Source: Eledone cirrhosa (lineage: Eukaryota). From it: a DNA stretch of 64,000 nt. Below the pieces are notes generated by a model, which was given only the letters and a program-made list of their open reading frames with translations, was not told where the DNA came from and ran no database searches. Every line of letters begins with the position of its first letter. Position 1 is the first letter of the stretch. The position numbers and the translations under genes were made by a program. Below, piece by piece: positions 1 to 11,800 of this stretch. Location: positions 14,555 to 78,554 of the forward strand of contig CAXHJY010000289.1 in assembly GCA_964016885.1 (NCBI GenBank), written 5' to 3'.

Positions 1-880
1 ATTTTTATTGTATATCCAAAGAAATAATTGTGACTTGTGTACACGAGTCCAGTTGATATGTGTATGAATTTATTCAGTCAAGGCCTCGAACTCAGAGCTT
101 ATCCCAGTTTCGAGTGGCATTAAGCTACTGGAAATACATTTACCTGTGGATGCATGTCTGTCACAAAATCACAAACTGACTGGAAACAAATTCAAGAGTC
201 TTATCTTTTCTGCTTGGCTTTGGTGACTCTTCATTTTGAACTCTGGTCATAAAACTCACGTGTAGAATATTTAATTTGTAGCTCTAGACTGAAAATATGA
301 ATACTGTCCAAGAGACCAGCTGTACATACACTACGTAGTTAATAATTTAATACAAACACCTTCCAGGCTAATGAAACATTTAAGAAATCAAAATATCTCG
401 TTTACACCTTCAGACTTTATTGCCAAACCACACTGTCTGTAGTTTGTTTATATTTTGCTATAACTGCTCAATGGTACTCTCCTCTATCTGTCCTGTTTTG
501 CCCATAATAAATACATCCAGAATCTTCTACCTCCCCATTTAGTTTTTGACATGCCTAAGAAGTTGTAAAAATTGTACCGTCTGGCAGGTTTCCGGAGTCT
601 TTCCTCTACCCTTCACACACGTACACCGACAACTATTAATAATTTGTATACACATCTACACACTCACACAGTATTATTAGTAAGGTTTTATGCATACAAA
701 TAGGCTACTATCAAAGTATTAGAAACAAATACTAATCAGGCGTACAAGCCCCCCACCCCGCAGTTTGTGATCTACTTTAAATAGAGGATTCTCTCTCTCT
801 CTCTCTCTCTTAATAGCTAAACAAAAAACAGTCCCTTTCATGAGACACTAAGCAAATGGCCGCTAAAAATAGGTGCTTGG

Positions 881-1172
881 TATTAGTATACATATTTAGT
901 AAGTATTCAATACATACACATCCAGTCTACACCACAAGCATTAACTAAATATATATGTGTATATATGTATACATGTGTGTGTGTATATGCATGTGTATAT
1001 ATGTATACATATGTGTGTATATATATATATATATACACACTCACATATGTATACATATATACACATGCATATACACACACATGTATACATATATACACAT
1101 ATATTTAGTTAATGCTTGTGGTGTAGACTGGATGTGTATGTATTGAATACTTACTAAATATGTATACTAATA
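881..1172. repeat. Long near-perfect palindrome (~145-bp arms) centred on (TA)n
   Basis: tattagtatacatatttagtaagtattcaatac...gtattgaatacttactaaatatgtatactaata; mirrored ORFs 907-1098(-) and 955-1146(+) end in the same peptide. Confidence 0.95.
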
Positions 1173-1175
1173 AAT

Positions 1176-1798
1176 AAACCGAACATTATAATAAATGTTC
1201 GGTAAACCCATACGTACATATATATATATGTGTGCATGTATGTATATATTTAAGTAACAGCTGTACTAAGAGGGAGAAATGAAATTTCGTTTCACTCTTT
1301 TCCATTTATCGTTTTCGGTGCGCCCGGCCGACTAACTCACTCGATATGCAAATTAGGCTGCTCAGCCATTAATATGCATAAGGAAAGTATATACTTTCAG
1401 ACGTTCAATCATCTGATAGAAAGGTATACGATGCTGACGATAGCTAATAAGCTTGAAACTAGTACATCGTTCCTGTGTCAGTGTTGAACAAAAAGGCGAC
1501 GATGGTTGCCTGAACACTGTACGGCGTAATTCGGGCTGTTTGTTTACAAACAAACCGAACATTATAATAAATGTTCGGTAAACCCATACGTACATATATA
1601 TATGTGTGCATGTATGTATATATATATATATATATACATACTACTGTACGTCTGTATACATACATATATGTATGTACGTATACATACATCATGATCATTT
1701 CATTTTATTTTACGTCCGCTTTTTCCCTGCTTGCAAACTTACATTTAAGTATCAGCCGTACTAAGAGTGAGGAATGAAATTTCGTTTCATTCTTTTCC

Positions 1799-1803
<5 letters not shown>
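1176..1803 (+). repeat. Direct repeats (1176-1308 and ~1552-1803) bracketing the hammerhead segment
   Basis: aaaccgaacattataataaatgttcggtaaacccatacgtac and atttaagt..cagc.gtactaagag.gag.aatgaaatttcgtttca each occur twice. Confidence 0.85.
1428..1470 (+). ncRNA. Minimal type I hammerhead ribozyme, intact core
   Basis: acgatg-CTGACGA-t-agct(aata)agct-t-GAAA-ctag-TA-catcgt: 6-bp stem I, 4-bp stem II, palindromic stem III (actagt), GUA cleavage triplet. Confidence 0.85.
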
Positions 1804-1853
<50 letters not shown>

Positions 1854-1854
1854 G

Positions 1855-2110
1855 TGAAGCCCCCAGCCCACACTGTAATGGTGATGGTGACATGGCAAAA
1901 AGTGCTTAGCCCACACAGTAAATTGGTCATGTAGGCAAAAAGTACTTAGTAAATGAGGTTGGCATTAGGAAGGGCATCCAGCTGTAGAAACCAAGCCAGA
2001 ATCAATCCTGTGTGAGCAAGACGTGGTCGCCTGACCTAGCATTGCCCACAACAGGACAACCCAGCTAACCTATGTTAGCGTGGAAAATGGACGTAAGATG
2101 AGGTGATGAT
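1855..2110 (+). mobile_element. SINE/RTE-type 3' tail fragment
   Basis: gaggttggcattaggaagggcatccagctgtagaaacc...tggacgtaagatgag, homologous to the RTE 3' UTR. Confidence 0.75.
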
Positions 2111-2275
2111 TGTGTATGTTATGTTGGTGCCACAAAACATCCAGCCCATACTGTAAAGTTGTTGTGTAGGTGTCACGACAAAAATTGACCATCCACAGAA
2201 GGAAGGGAGGAACTGCCATTTTCCTGCATGATTCCTATATGGCAGATGGAAATATAAAAAACTTAATGCCTCGAC

Positions 2276-2780
2276 CAAATTAACAGCGGAGGTGGGTGTT
2301 CTGAAAGTACAGTAACCAGAGTGAGGATGGGATAGAAGTTCAGGGAGCTACTACCACTGCTAGCTACAAAAGGCTTTTCCTTTAAAATGAAAGGCAGATT
2401 GTACAATGCATGTATACAAGCAGCAATGTTGCATGGTAGTGAGTCCTGGGCACTGTGTGCAGAGGACTTACAAAGATTGGAGAGAAATGAAGCTTGCATG
2501 CTTCGATGGATGTGTAATATACGTGAACAGCAAAGCATAAACGAACTGAGAGAGAAACTAGGCATAAGAGGAAGCAGTTGCAGTGTGCAGGAGAGGAGAT
2601 TGTGTGTGTGATACGTATGAAGGATGACAGCTGTATAAAAAAGATGCAGAGTGTTCAAAGTTGATGGAAGACTTGGGATGAGGTGATAAAAGCTGACCTT
2701 GCACGATTGCACCTCTCAAAGGCGATGACACAGGACAGGGATCTCTGGCGTTATGCAGTAATTCAGAAGACCCGCCTTCC
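2276..2780 (+). mobile_element. 5'-truncated older relative of the young RTE family (RT C-terminus)
   Basis: ORF 2387-2611 MKGRLYNACIQAAMLHGSESWALCAEDL closely matches copy 1. Confidence 0.9.
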
Positions 2781-2844
2781 TATGTGTACAGGCTGAAGCA
2801 TACATATAGTATTCACCTCCACCACCACCCCTCCCATACTGCTG

Positions 2845-3930
2845 ATCAGAGGTTTCAACGCTGCTTGTGATATGTTCGGTCTTGTAATTAATCTGAAAAA
2901 GACTGTTGTAGTGCATCAACCTGCTCTTGGGCAGCAGACAACTGCACCTCAAATCCTTGTTGAGGGTACAATGATGAAGACAGTGACTTCTTTTGAATAC
3001 CTTGGTAGTATCATACAAGCTGATGGCAAATTGGACACCGAAATCACATCTCATATAAAAAAAAATGTAGCAAAAGCTTTTTGTGGACTAAAAATTAAAG
3101 TCTGATCACAACAACATCATATTAAATGGGAGACTATGATTGCTGTATACATGTTATTTGTAGTCATCCGAGATATAGACGTTGTACACACAGCATGTTA
3201 AAATGTTGCAGTTTCACCAAAAAGGCCTCCTGCATATATACAAAATAAGCTGAAACACATTTGTTCCAGACACAGATTCCTGCTAGGGCATAAGTTACAT
3301 TTACTGAAGCTATGATTATTAAGAATCAGTTAAGATGGACATGTCACATGATTCATATGTGTAACGGACGCACCCCCAAGAAAATGTTTTATGGCAAACT
3401 CAAGCTGGGCAAAAGGATAAATAGTAAGCCAACGAAGAGATACAGACATGCTAAAAATTAACTTTAAATGCCTTAACATATCCTACAAATATTTTGAATC
3501 ATGGGCAGCAGATGGAATGGCCTGGAGAAATGCTATCTGGAAAGGAGTTAAATCATTTGAAACGGAGAGAGTAAAACATGCAGAATTGGAAAGAAAAGTG
3601 CAGAAGAATGAGACCAACAGTAATAATGATGAATCTTATCCAGTGTTTTTCAATTGCCCTGTGTGCCCTAAGGTGTCTCTTTTGAACATTGGCTTGAAGT
3701 CACACCAACGAGCACATGATGGTAAAGTTAACTATTCAAACTTCATTGCAGTGAATCAGTTTCAATGCCATGTTTGTCAGAAAAGTTACAAATCAGATGG
3801 TGGACTGAAGTGACATCTAAAAATACACAATAAGCAAACAGAAAGTGGAAATAAGAACGAAATAATCATTGTATTATTTGTGTGCAGGTTTTTTCGCAGG
3901 CTTTCAAGACTCAAAATCTCATGCCAGGAA
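2845..3930 (+). mobile_element. Degenerate RTE/BovB-like LINE 3' part with C-terminal C2H2 zinc fingers
   Basis: FGLVINLKKT...FEYLGS (ORF 2872-3105); WRNAIWKGV, CPVC..HQRAH and CHVC..(*)HLKIH (ORF 3448-3813). Confidence 0.8.
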
Positions 3931-3939
3931 GGAATAGAC

Positions 3940-4565
3940 GTGTGTATAGGGAAAACTTTGTATGTAGATGTTCAGGGGTAATCAAAGGGAAGATCAACAG
4001 TGATATAAACCTTTTCCAATCACAGGAAGGATCCATAGACGTGATGGATAGCTTCTGCTATCTAGGCATCTCAATTAGTAGCGGAGGAGGGTGAATAAGG
4101 ATAGGAGGGAAAAAGTTTAGTGAGCTACACTCACTGTTGACAACAAAAAGTTTTTCCCTACATACAAAAGGACACTTGTGTGCAAAGTGTGATGATGCAT
4201 GGTAGTGAAACATGGGCAGTGACTGCAGAGGACATACATAGGCTGGAGAGAAATGAATAAACCATGCTTCGTTGGATGTGCAGTGTAAATGTGAGAAAAG
4301 GGTAGAGCTTGGATGAACTAGGGGAGAACTAGGTTTAAGAGGAATCCAAAGTGGTGTGCAAGATGGAGACATGATTGCTAGGTGAAGAAATGCCAGTGGA
4401 GGGAAGACACAGTAAAAGTAGACCAAGTATGATTTAGGCAGAGGTGGTGGTGAGAGCTGATCTCAAATCTCAGAGGCGATGACAAAGGAATGCAGCGAGT
4501 GGAGAAATGCTGTACTGGAAAGGACCTATCCAACCCATGCAAGTGGATGTAAAAACGATGATGAT
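3940..4565 (+). mobile_element. Degenerate RTE 3' fragment with (GAT)n tail
   Basis: DSFCYLGISISSGGG, HGSETWA and WRNAVLERTYPTHAS, then gatgatgat and TA. Confidence 0.85.
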
Positions 4566-4578
4566 ATATGTATATTTA

Positions 4579-4614
<36 letters not shown>

Positions 4615-7600
4615 AGCACACACATACAACGATAGGTATACATGAGTTTGTGCACACTACCTATAAACAGTATTATCTGACAGTATATAGATTTGTAATA
4701 TTGCCAATAGCAACTATGTATCTTAAACAATTTCCATCTAGCTTAATTATATTACTGAAGGAAAAATGTTATTCTTACATGCAAAATCCTTTTATTTTTT
4801 ACCTTTCTTTCTTTTTCTATTTAAGTCTCTAAACAAAATTCCTCTGGTTCTGAAAAATGTGAATATCTGTCACTCTTTTGTCTGTGTAGTAATTTTCATT
4901 CATATATATTTATGCTGTTTGTGTTGTGAAGCTTTTTTGAAAAAAATCACATTAAAGATATTTTAATCTCCAAATCACCTGCTTCAATGTTTTATATTCA
5001 TCACAAAGATTGAATACATATCAGTGCAGCTGTTTGGCTGTAAGGGATTAACATTTTAGAAAGATAAGGAAGTGGGACATTTTTTTAAGATTCCATAGTA
5101 AAAAATTTTTTTTTTTCCTGTTGATCTTATTATAATGATGTGACACCACTGATGTCTTTATTATTTATTAGAATACATGCAGATACACATGATGGTTGTT
5201 TTAACTCTTTCTCTCAAACATACCTTGTATTTTAAATAATTATTGAAGAATTTTGTGTGATTTACTAAAATTATTACTAAGATATTATTTATAACTTAAC
5301 AAATTATATTTGGAATTTTTAGATATGAACTCTTTAAAATGTATTGCTTTATTTCAAAGAACTTGAGCCAGTTTGAGGTGGATTGGTACCAAAGTTAACA
5401 TGTTTTGCAAGGATATGTATCACTTCATCTTTTAACCTTTTGGCATTTACATTACTCTATATATACTATTGTATTTTCATGGTAAGGGCTTTATCTCACA
5501 TAATATGGAATCTATGAGATTTTGATATTATTTATTTTGAGAACAATACCGTAACATCAATATGAATGGCCGGTTACAGCCAGTTTGAACAGAAAGGGGT
5601 GAGAGAATTCTGGCCGGATATGGCTGGTTTAAGTGCTGAAGGCTAACTTAATTAGTTTTACCTTTCCTACAATGTGTCATGACTAATTCATAATACATTT
5701 TAACCAAGAAACTCACTTACAGATATCTCTGTAGCAATATATTTATTTTATCCATGATTTATGTCTCAAACTGTTTCCTATCCAATTAAGTCAGTTCAGT
5801 CATACATTTATTTAACTATGACTCTACTGCTTTCAAAACTTGATCCATCAGCTTGAAACTCCTAGGGGAGGAACTTTAACTAAGGAAGGGCTTGAGGAAT
5901 CCAAACTGGGAAATAATAGTGTATATATATCAAATGAAATACCAATATAACCAACTATAAAGGATATCTCAAATTAACAGTCATTGAAAAATGCTTCAGT
6001 CTTAATTCCATTTAGGATTATACAGCTATTGAGGTTTGAAAATCTTGCTCATGTTAATATGGTGCTTGGGTGAAAAGTTACTAGATAACAATTCAAAATG
6101 GAGAGGAATGTGGCCTGGGTATCAGAGAACCACTATACTGATATGCATGTTAATATATTGCTATATTACATCACTGGAAATAATCCCTTACACACAAGCC
6201 AACAAAGGAACCTTTATTTGGTTGCTTGATCTACTAGAAATAGGGACCAAATCTCCCCAAATTATCCTATAATCTAAAAATAACAAGGACACGAAAAATG
6301 TAGTCAGAACTATACAAAAAATATGGGATCCTCAGTTTGAATGCCTTTGATTAGAGATGATCTGGAGCTAAACTTGTTCTTACACAATTTCCTTATCAAA
6401 GTGAATGACAAAATTCTTCTCTTCCTTTCAAAAAGTTGTCAGCCAGGTTCCTCTCAATCTGATTTGGTGTATAATTAGTTCATTTTTAATTAGATTTTAT
6501 TTATTTGTTTTGGTTGAGGGAGTAATTATTCTTTTACTGGTCTCAGTCATTTGACTGCAGCCATAATAGGGCACGCCTATGATTTAATCAATCATATTGA
6601 TATTGGTTCTTATTTTATTGATCTCTGTTTTCTTGAACCACTAAGTTACTGGCAGATGTAAATATAGACAAGCACACACACATCATATATATCATCATTT
6701 AAAGTCCATTTTCCCTGCACAGATTCCCTTCAGCTAGCTTCATAAACCAAAATTATGTGTGTGTGTGTGTATGATGACAATGATGATATATATAACAACA
6801 CAACTCTATGGAGTAAGGTTAGCAACAAGACCACCATTAACACCAGCTGGATAATATTAGTAACTGCCAAAACTTCTCTAGTAGAATAAAACACATCTTC
6901 ATCACCAGAAACAGTAAGCTCCATTCTATCATCTCATCAAAACACATAAAACAGGACCCAACTTTAAAATTAGACCCATTTCTATAAAATTTCCTGGCTT
7001 CTTTCCAGACTTCTCAAACCTCTCCTTCACACTTTCCCCAGACATGTAGACAGTTCACAAGAAGTAGTCAACAGACTAAAAGAACTTGATCACACCACAC
7101 TTGGACAGAATAGATACCTTTTTAGTTTAGGCGTAATTTCCCTCTACACCTTTGTCCCTGCTATCAACTTAATTAGGGACATCATCATCAATACTACCGA
7201 CCTCAATTGTTTGAGACTCACTGCTGCTGACATCCGCTTCTGCAGTTCCAATCTACCAAATTCTATTCACAAGACATTAGTCCACCTAAGGCTATAGTAG
7301 ACACTAACCGAAGGGTTTGTGCAGTGACACTATACCAAGAATCCTGTGGTTGTGAATTAAACTCCTTAACCATACAGACTTCCATGAACTATATTTTAGG
7401 GGTTATTCTGATAACATCTGTTTGACTACATTTCAGGTAACCATTTCAAAAAGGCTTTAAAAAATTATATCTTTACAAGTTGTGATTACATACCTTAACT
7501 CTTTTGATATCAAACAGCATGAAATTGGCCATTTCTACAATACAATGTCTGTATATTTTGAAGTATTTACATTTGTCTAAAAACTGTTCATCTTAATTTA

Positions 7601-10600
7601 ATGTAAGAACCTTAATGAGAAATTTAGTTATATTACTAAATCCCTTCAAATTCTTGATTATTTTTTTAATGATTTGAAAATTATAGGTGGTGCCTTTCAT
7701 TAGAAATATGGTAATGAAAGGGTTAATCATTTAGTGCCTTTAGTTACCAAAGACCAATTTGTATTGAAAATGAATATTGCATAGTTTCTTTGATGTATGT
7801 GTAAAAGAAAGGGAAAATCTGCTAAATGTTACAAGTGGAATCCAAACCTATAACCTTGGATCATTTCCATTGGTGTTTATTGCTTATAAGTTCATTTATA
7901 TGAAAGCACTTTTCATTGCCTGAAGCTAGTTTTTCTGTTTGAAGCCAGGGTTCCGCCAGTTAATATTCATTGTAATAAAATCTCTGAGAGAAGTAGAAAA
8001 AGAGGGAAAGAAACAACAGCAGCAGAAATAAAGATTGAAAAGCAAACCAAAGTATAAATTGTCAAGAAAGGCACGGAAAGGTGGTGAAAGTATTCAAAAG
8101 TGTATATCTAAAATATTTCTATATAATATAGAACCCAACAAACATGTGGAATCTGATAAAATTAGATGTGAATGAATGATTACAAGGCTTTCTAGATTCA
8201 TCTGTGAAATTATTTACAAAGTCTAATAAAATATTCAATATGGATTTTGATGGAAGGAGAAGGAATGTGGCCTAATGGTTAGGATGGAGCCATTGGCATA
8301 GTTTGTTTTGTAACCATGTAGTTTGGGGTTTGATCCCACTGCATACATGGTGCCTTGGGAAAATTCCTTCTGCCATGGCTTCACTCAGACCCTTTAAGTA
8401 AAATTTTGTAGATGGAAATTATGCTGAAGCCCTGTTCATCATTTGTGTGTGTGTGTTTCCATGTATGTCTTTACCTTGTTGACACTGCTTAAACCAGTGG
8501 TAGCATTTGATTTGTAAATTCTTGCAAAACATTTTACTCTTTTGACACCAAACTGCCTCTGGTTCTACAATTCTGAGATGTTTATTTTAAAATATCATCA
8601 TTTTACCTCTGCTTTCCGTGCTGGTATGGATTGGACTGGTGTATACATTTATCTAAAAACCTTCCTTCATAATTTTATGTAAAAACCTTTGTTAAACTCT
8701 GCTCCAATGAGAAGCAGTTTAATGAGAAGGTCAGTTATATTACTAATTGATTTATTTTTCGAATTAGAAATATACTAGTTTATAAAACTAGTAGGTAAAT
8801 TCTATTTAGCTGACATAATTTTTGTTAGTAATTGATTCTGTAGTCTCTAAAACAAAAATTCTTAAATTGGGACCAATTTTGGAATTCCTGTGAGGAAATT
8901 ATATTTAGTTTGAAACATTTCTCATTATTCACATACTGCATTTTGCTAAGTTTATTTCCCTTGATGTTAAACGATATAAGGCTGCTAATGCTATACATGC
9001 AAGGACAGCAATGGAAAAGACAGAGGTAGAGTCAGCCGAGGAACACTTGGTGCCAAACATTCCAGAAGGACCTCAGACACACAGGAACCAGTTGGACAGG
9101 TGTGGAGAAAGAATTGTAGCAGATCAAGCATGTCAACTGAAACTTGCTATTTTGTTCCTTCTTAAAACAAAGAACTAAGGCTAAGAATGTTATACAATAG
9201 TGTTGTATATAAGGGTCCTTTTTTCTATGTGGAAGGTGGAATCAAAATGGAGGAATTGATAAGGTGTGCTGAAAAAAGGGTTCAGAAACACTGCTCTAGT
9301 CCATGTTATTTATCTCCAATTCAGCCTTGATCCAGCAGACTTATGATCAAAGGCATTCTAGCAACGATCGTCTCATTTTTTTTTATATCTATAACTATAT
9401 TTGTTATCCGATGTGTCCTCTCTAATTTTAAATCACCGGGAGTGATTTGAAGGGAACTTCGTTACTATTTCTAGCAAATTAAGTTAGCTCAAAGTATGGA
9501 GAGTTGATTTTATTAATAGCTACTCACTCTCTATTTCATTGCTCTATCCCACCACCACTGTCACCCATACATTGTATGATGCCTATGTGAGATGGCTAGA
9601 AATGTAGGTGAAGACCTGCAAAGGCTATATAGAAATATAATAAATATGATTTTATGTCTGTACAGTATAAATATAAGGGATGGGTTGGGTGAAATGTAAG
9701 TTTTAAAAAAGTCTGGGAATAAGAGACTTCAAATGTGAGAAACAACTTGGGTGCTTATGATTAGAGGAACTGGTATAGACTTAAGAAAATTCTTGGAAGG
9801 ATGTGGTCCAGACTAAAGTAAAAGAATTTGTGATAAGAAGAAATAACTAAGAAGGGAGTCAGTAAGAAATGTTATTTTGCATAACTTGTAAAACCTATGA
9901 TAGCATACTTGCCATAAGTAGAATTGTCTATTGCTCTCAATTTTAAAAAAATCTAATGGAATGTCTATGTAAACTCCTCTGTACTGATACATAAAGTTTG
10001 CTAAATAGTTCTCTAAATGAAACATTTTAATCTCAAAGTAGTAAAGCTATAATACTGAACACTGCTAATTCAAAAATTGGCTTAATCTGGGCTTGACTTA
10101 TTATTAATCAGTCAAACTTTAGTTGTTAGATGAAAGGTCATTAGTAAATGAACAGCTTGTGTATATTTTTATATAATCTTTTATATTTTATTGTCCTTTT
10201 TCCCTTTCTCTCTTTAATAGCTACTTATTTATGTTTCACAGAAGAAAATGTTATCATTAACTGGGGTATAATAGGACATAATTTACTTAATTTAATATAG
10301 TAATAATTCCCAACCTATTATGTATTTTATTTTTTTTATAATTATCATTGTCATTATCATAGCTTTTGATCCCCCACGCCCTACTACTGCCGTTTTTTGT
10401 TTTGCTTTTGCTGGATGGGAGGGAGGATGTATGATGCATAAAAGAAAAAAGAACATTTTATGTAAATATTTTTGGAGATGCAATAGAATTTGAACAAGTC
10501 ATATTAAGTGTGATGAAAATCCTTGATGATAGCAGTGACTAACTACAATAATAAAGAAATAAGACTCATAGTTTAGATTATGTGTTTAAGTGACAATCAT

Positions 10601-11581
10601 GAGTCTATGAAAATACAATATTTCTGAACATTATATGGCATGAGAAATTAATCTTAGATATTTTTTATTATTAGTTTACATTTTGGAAAATGATAATTCT
10701 GTTATCAACAAAATAAACTATGTATGTTTATGATGAAAATATCTTGTTTCACAGCATTTAAAGTTTTAGATATTTTTTTGCCTATGAATAAGAGTTGGTT
10801 TTGTTTTTAATTTCTTTTATTTTTCTAAATAGCTCAAGGGGCAGATTCTGTGTGGTTAATTGGCATGCTAGAATTAGTAGCAAATTTCCCTTAAATCACA
10901 CCTTAATGTCTTAAAAAAGGAAATGATACATTAGACAATTTTGTCATAAATACCCCCCTCCCACTCCCCACCACGACCCCCAAAAAACGAATTTGACAAT
11001 CACAGCTGGAACATCTTTGATCATAGGTCTGTTTAATTGGAACTGACCTTGGGCTAAACAACAATTGTTTTTCTAAAGGGATATTGAATTGGCCATAATA
11101 TCATTCTGACATGCACTTTTATTGACCTTGGAAGAAAGAAAAGCAAAACTGCCTCTAGTTAGATTTCATTGAAGAATTGCAAGACATCAAATTAGATGCC
11201 ATAAAATAATTTACGTTGACATTATCTAACCTTTCCAACAAGTCTCTTGGCTACACAACATTTGGAATATCCATGATATAGTTATGGTAATGACTGACAA
11301 CAAATAGAATTGCTGTTTCAATTTTAGTACCATATACAGTGTACATAAAATGCTTGAACAAATATCATTTTTAAATGAAAGGGGAATTTTGAAAGACTGA
11401 GCATTTGATGAATTTTATTTTATGCTATATTTCTTAGATATAAACATTTTACTTGCTACAGTTTCAATAGATGAAATAGGATTTGGTCTTTGGAAATGGT
11501 GGTTATGAATCAAACACTGCCTGCTAAGAAAATTTGTTGTGGATTTAGAAGAAAATAATCATTTTATTATTTGTTAATCTA

Positions 11582-11800
11582 AGGGCAGTGGATTGGCAGT
11601 ATCAGTAGAACGTCGGACACCATACTTCGTAGCATAGTTATGGCCCTTTACATTCTGAGTTCAAATCCCGCCAAGGTTAGTTTTGCCTTTCATCCTTACG
11701 GAGGTCGATGAAATAAAGCACCAGTAATGCACTGGGGTTGATCTAATCAACTTTCTTCTTCCCTTCAAATTGCTGGCCTTATACCAAAAGTAGAAAGAAT
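11582..11800 (+). mobile_element. tRNA-derived SINE with cctttcatcct..ggtcgat.aaataaagtaccag core (relatives near 15880, 19175-19380, 21940-22045, 27985-28255, 36640-36790, 39985-40070)
   Basis: B box gagttcaaatccc; central motif recurs across the window. Confidence 0.8.

Noticed and set aside
551-589. Possible Smurf exon 1 (KLYRLA-G|gt)
   Set aside because: In-frame TAA at 566-568 and a weak donor (gtttcc).
11582-11680. tRNA-like A/B boxes here and at other loci
   Set aside because: SINE heads; no complete cloverleaf.
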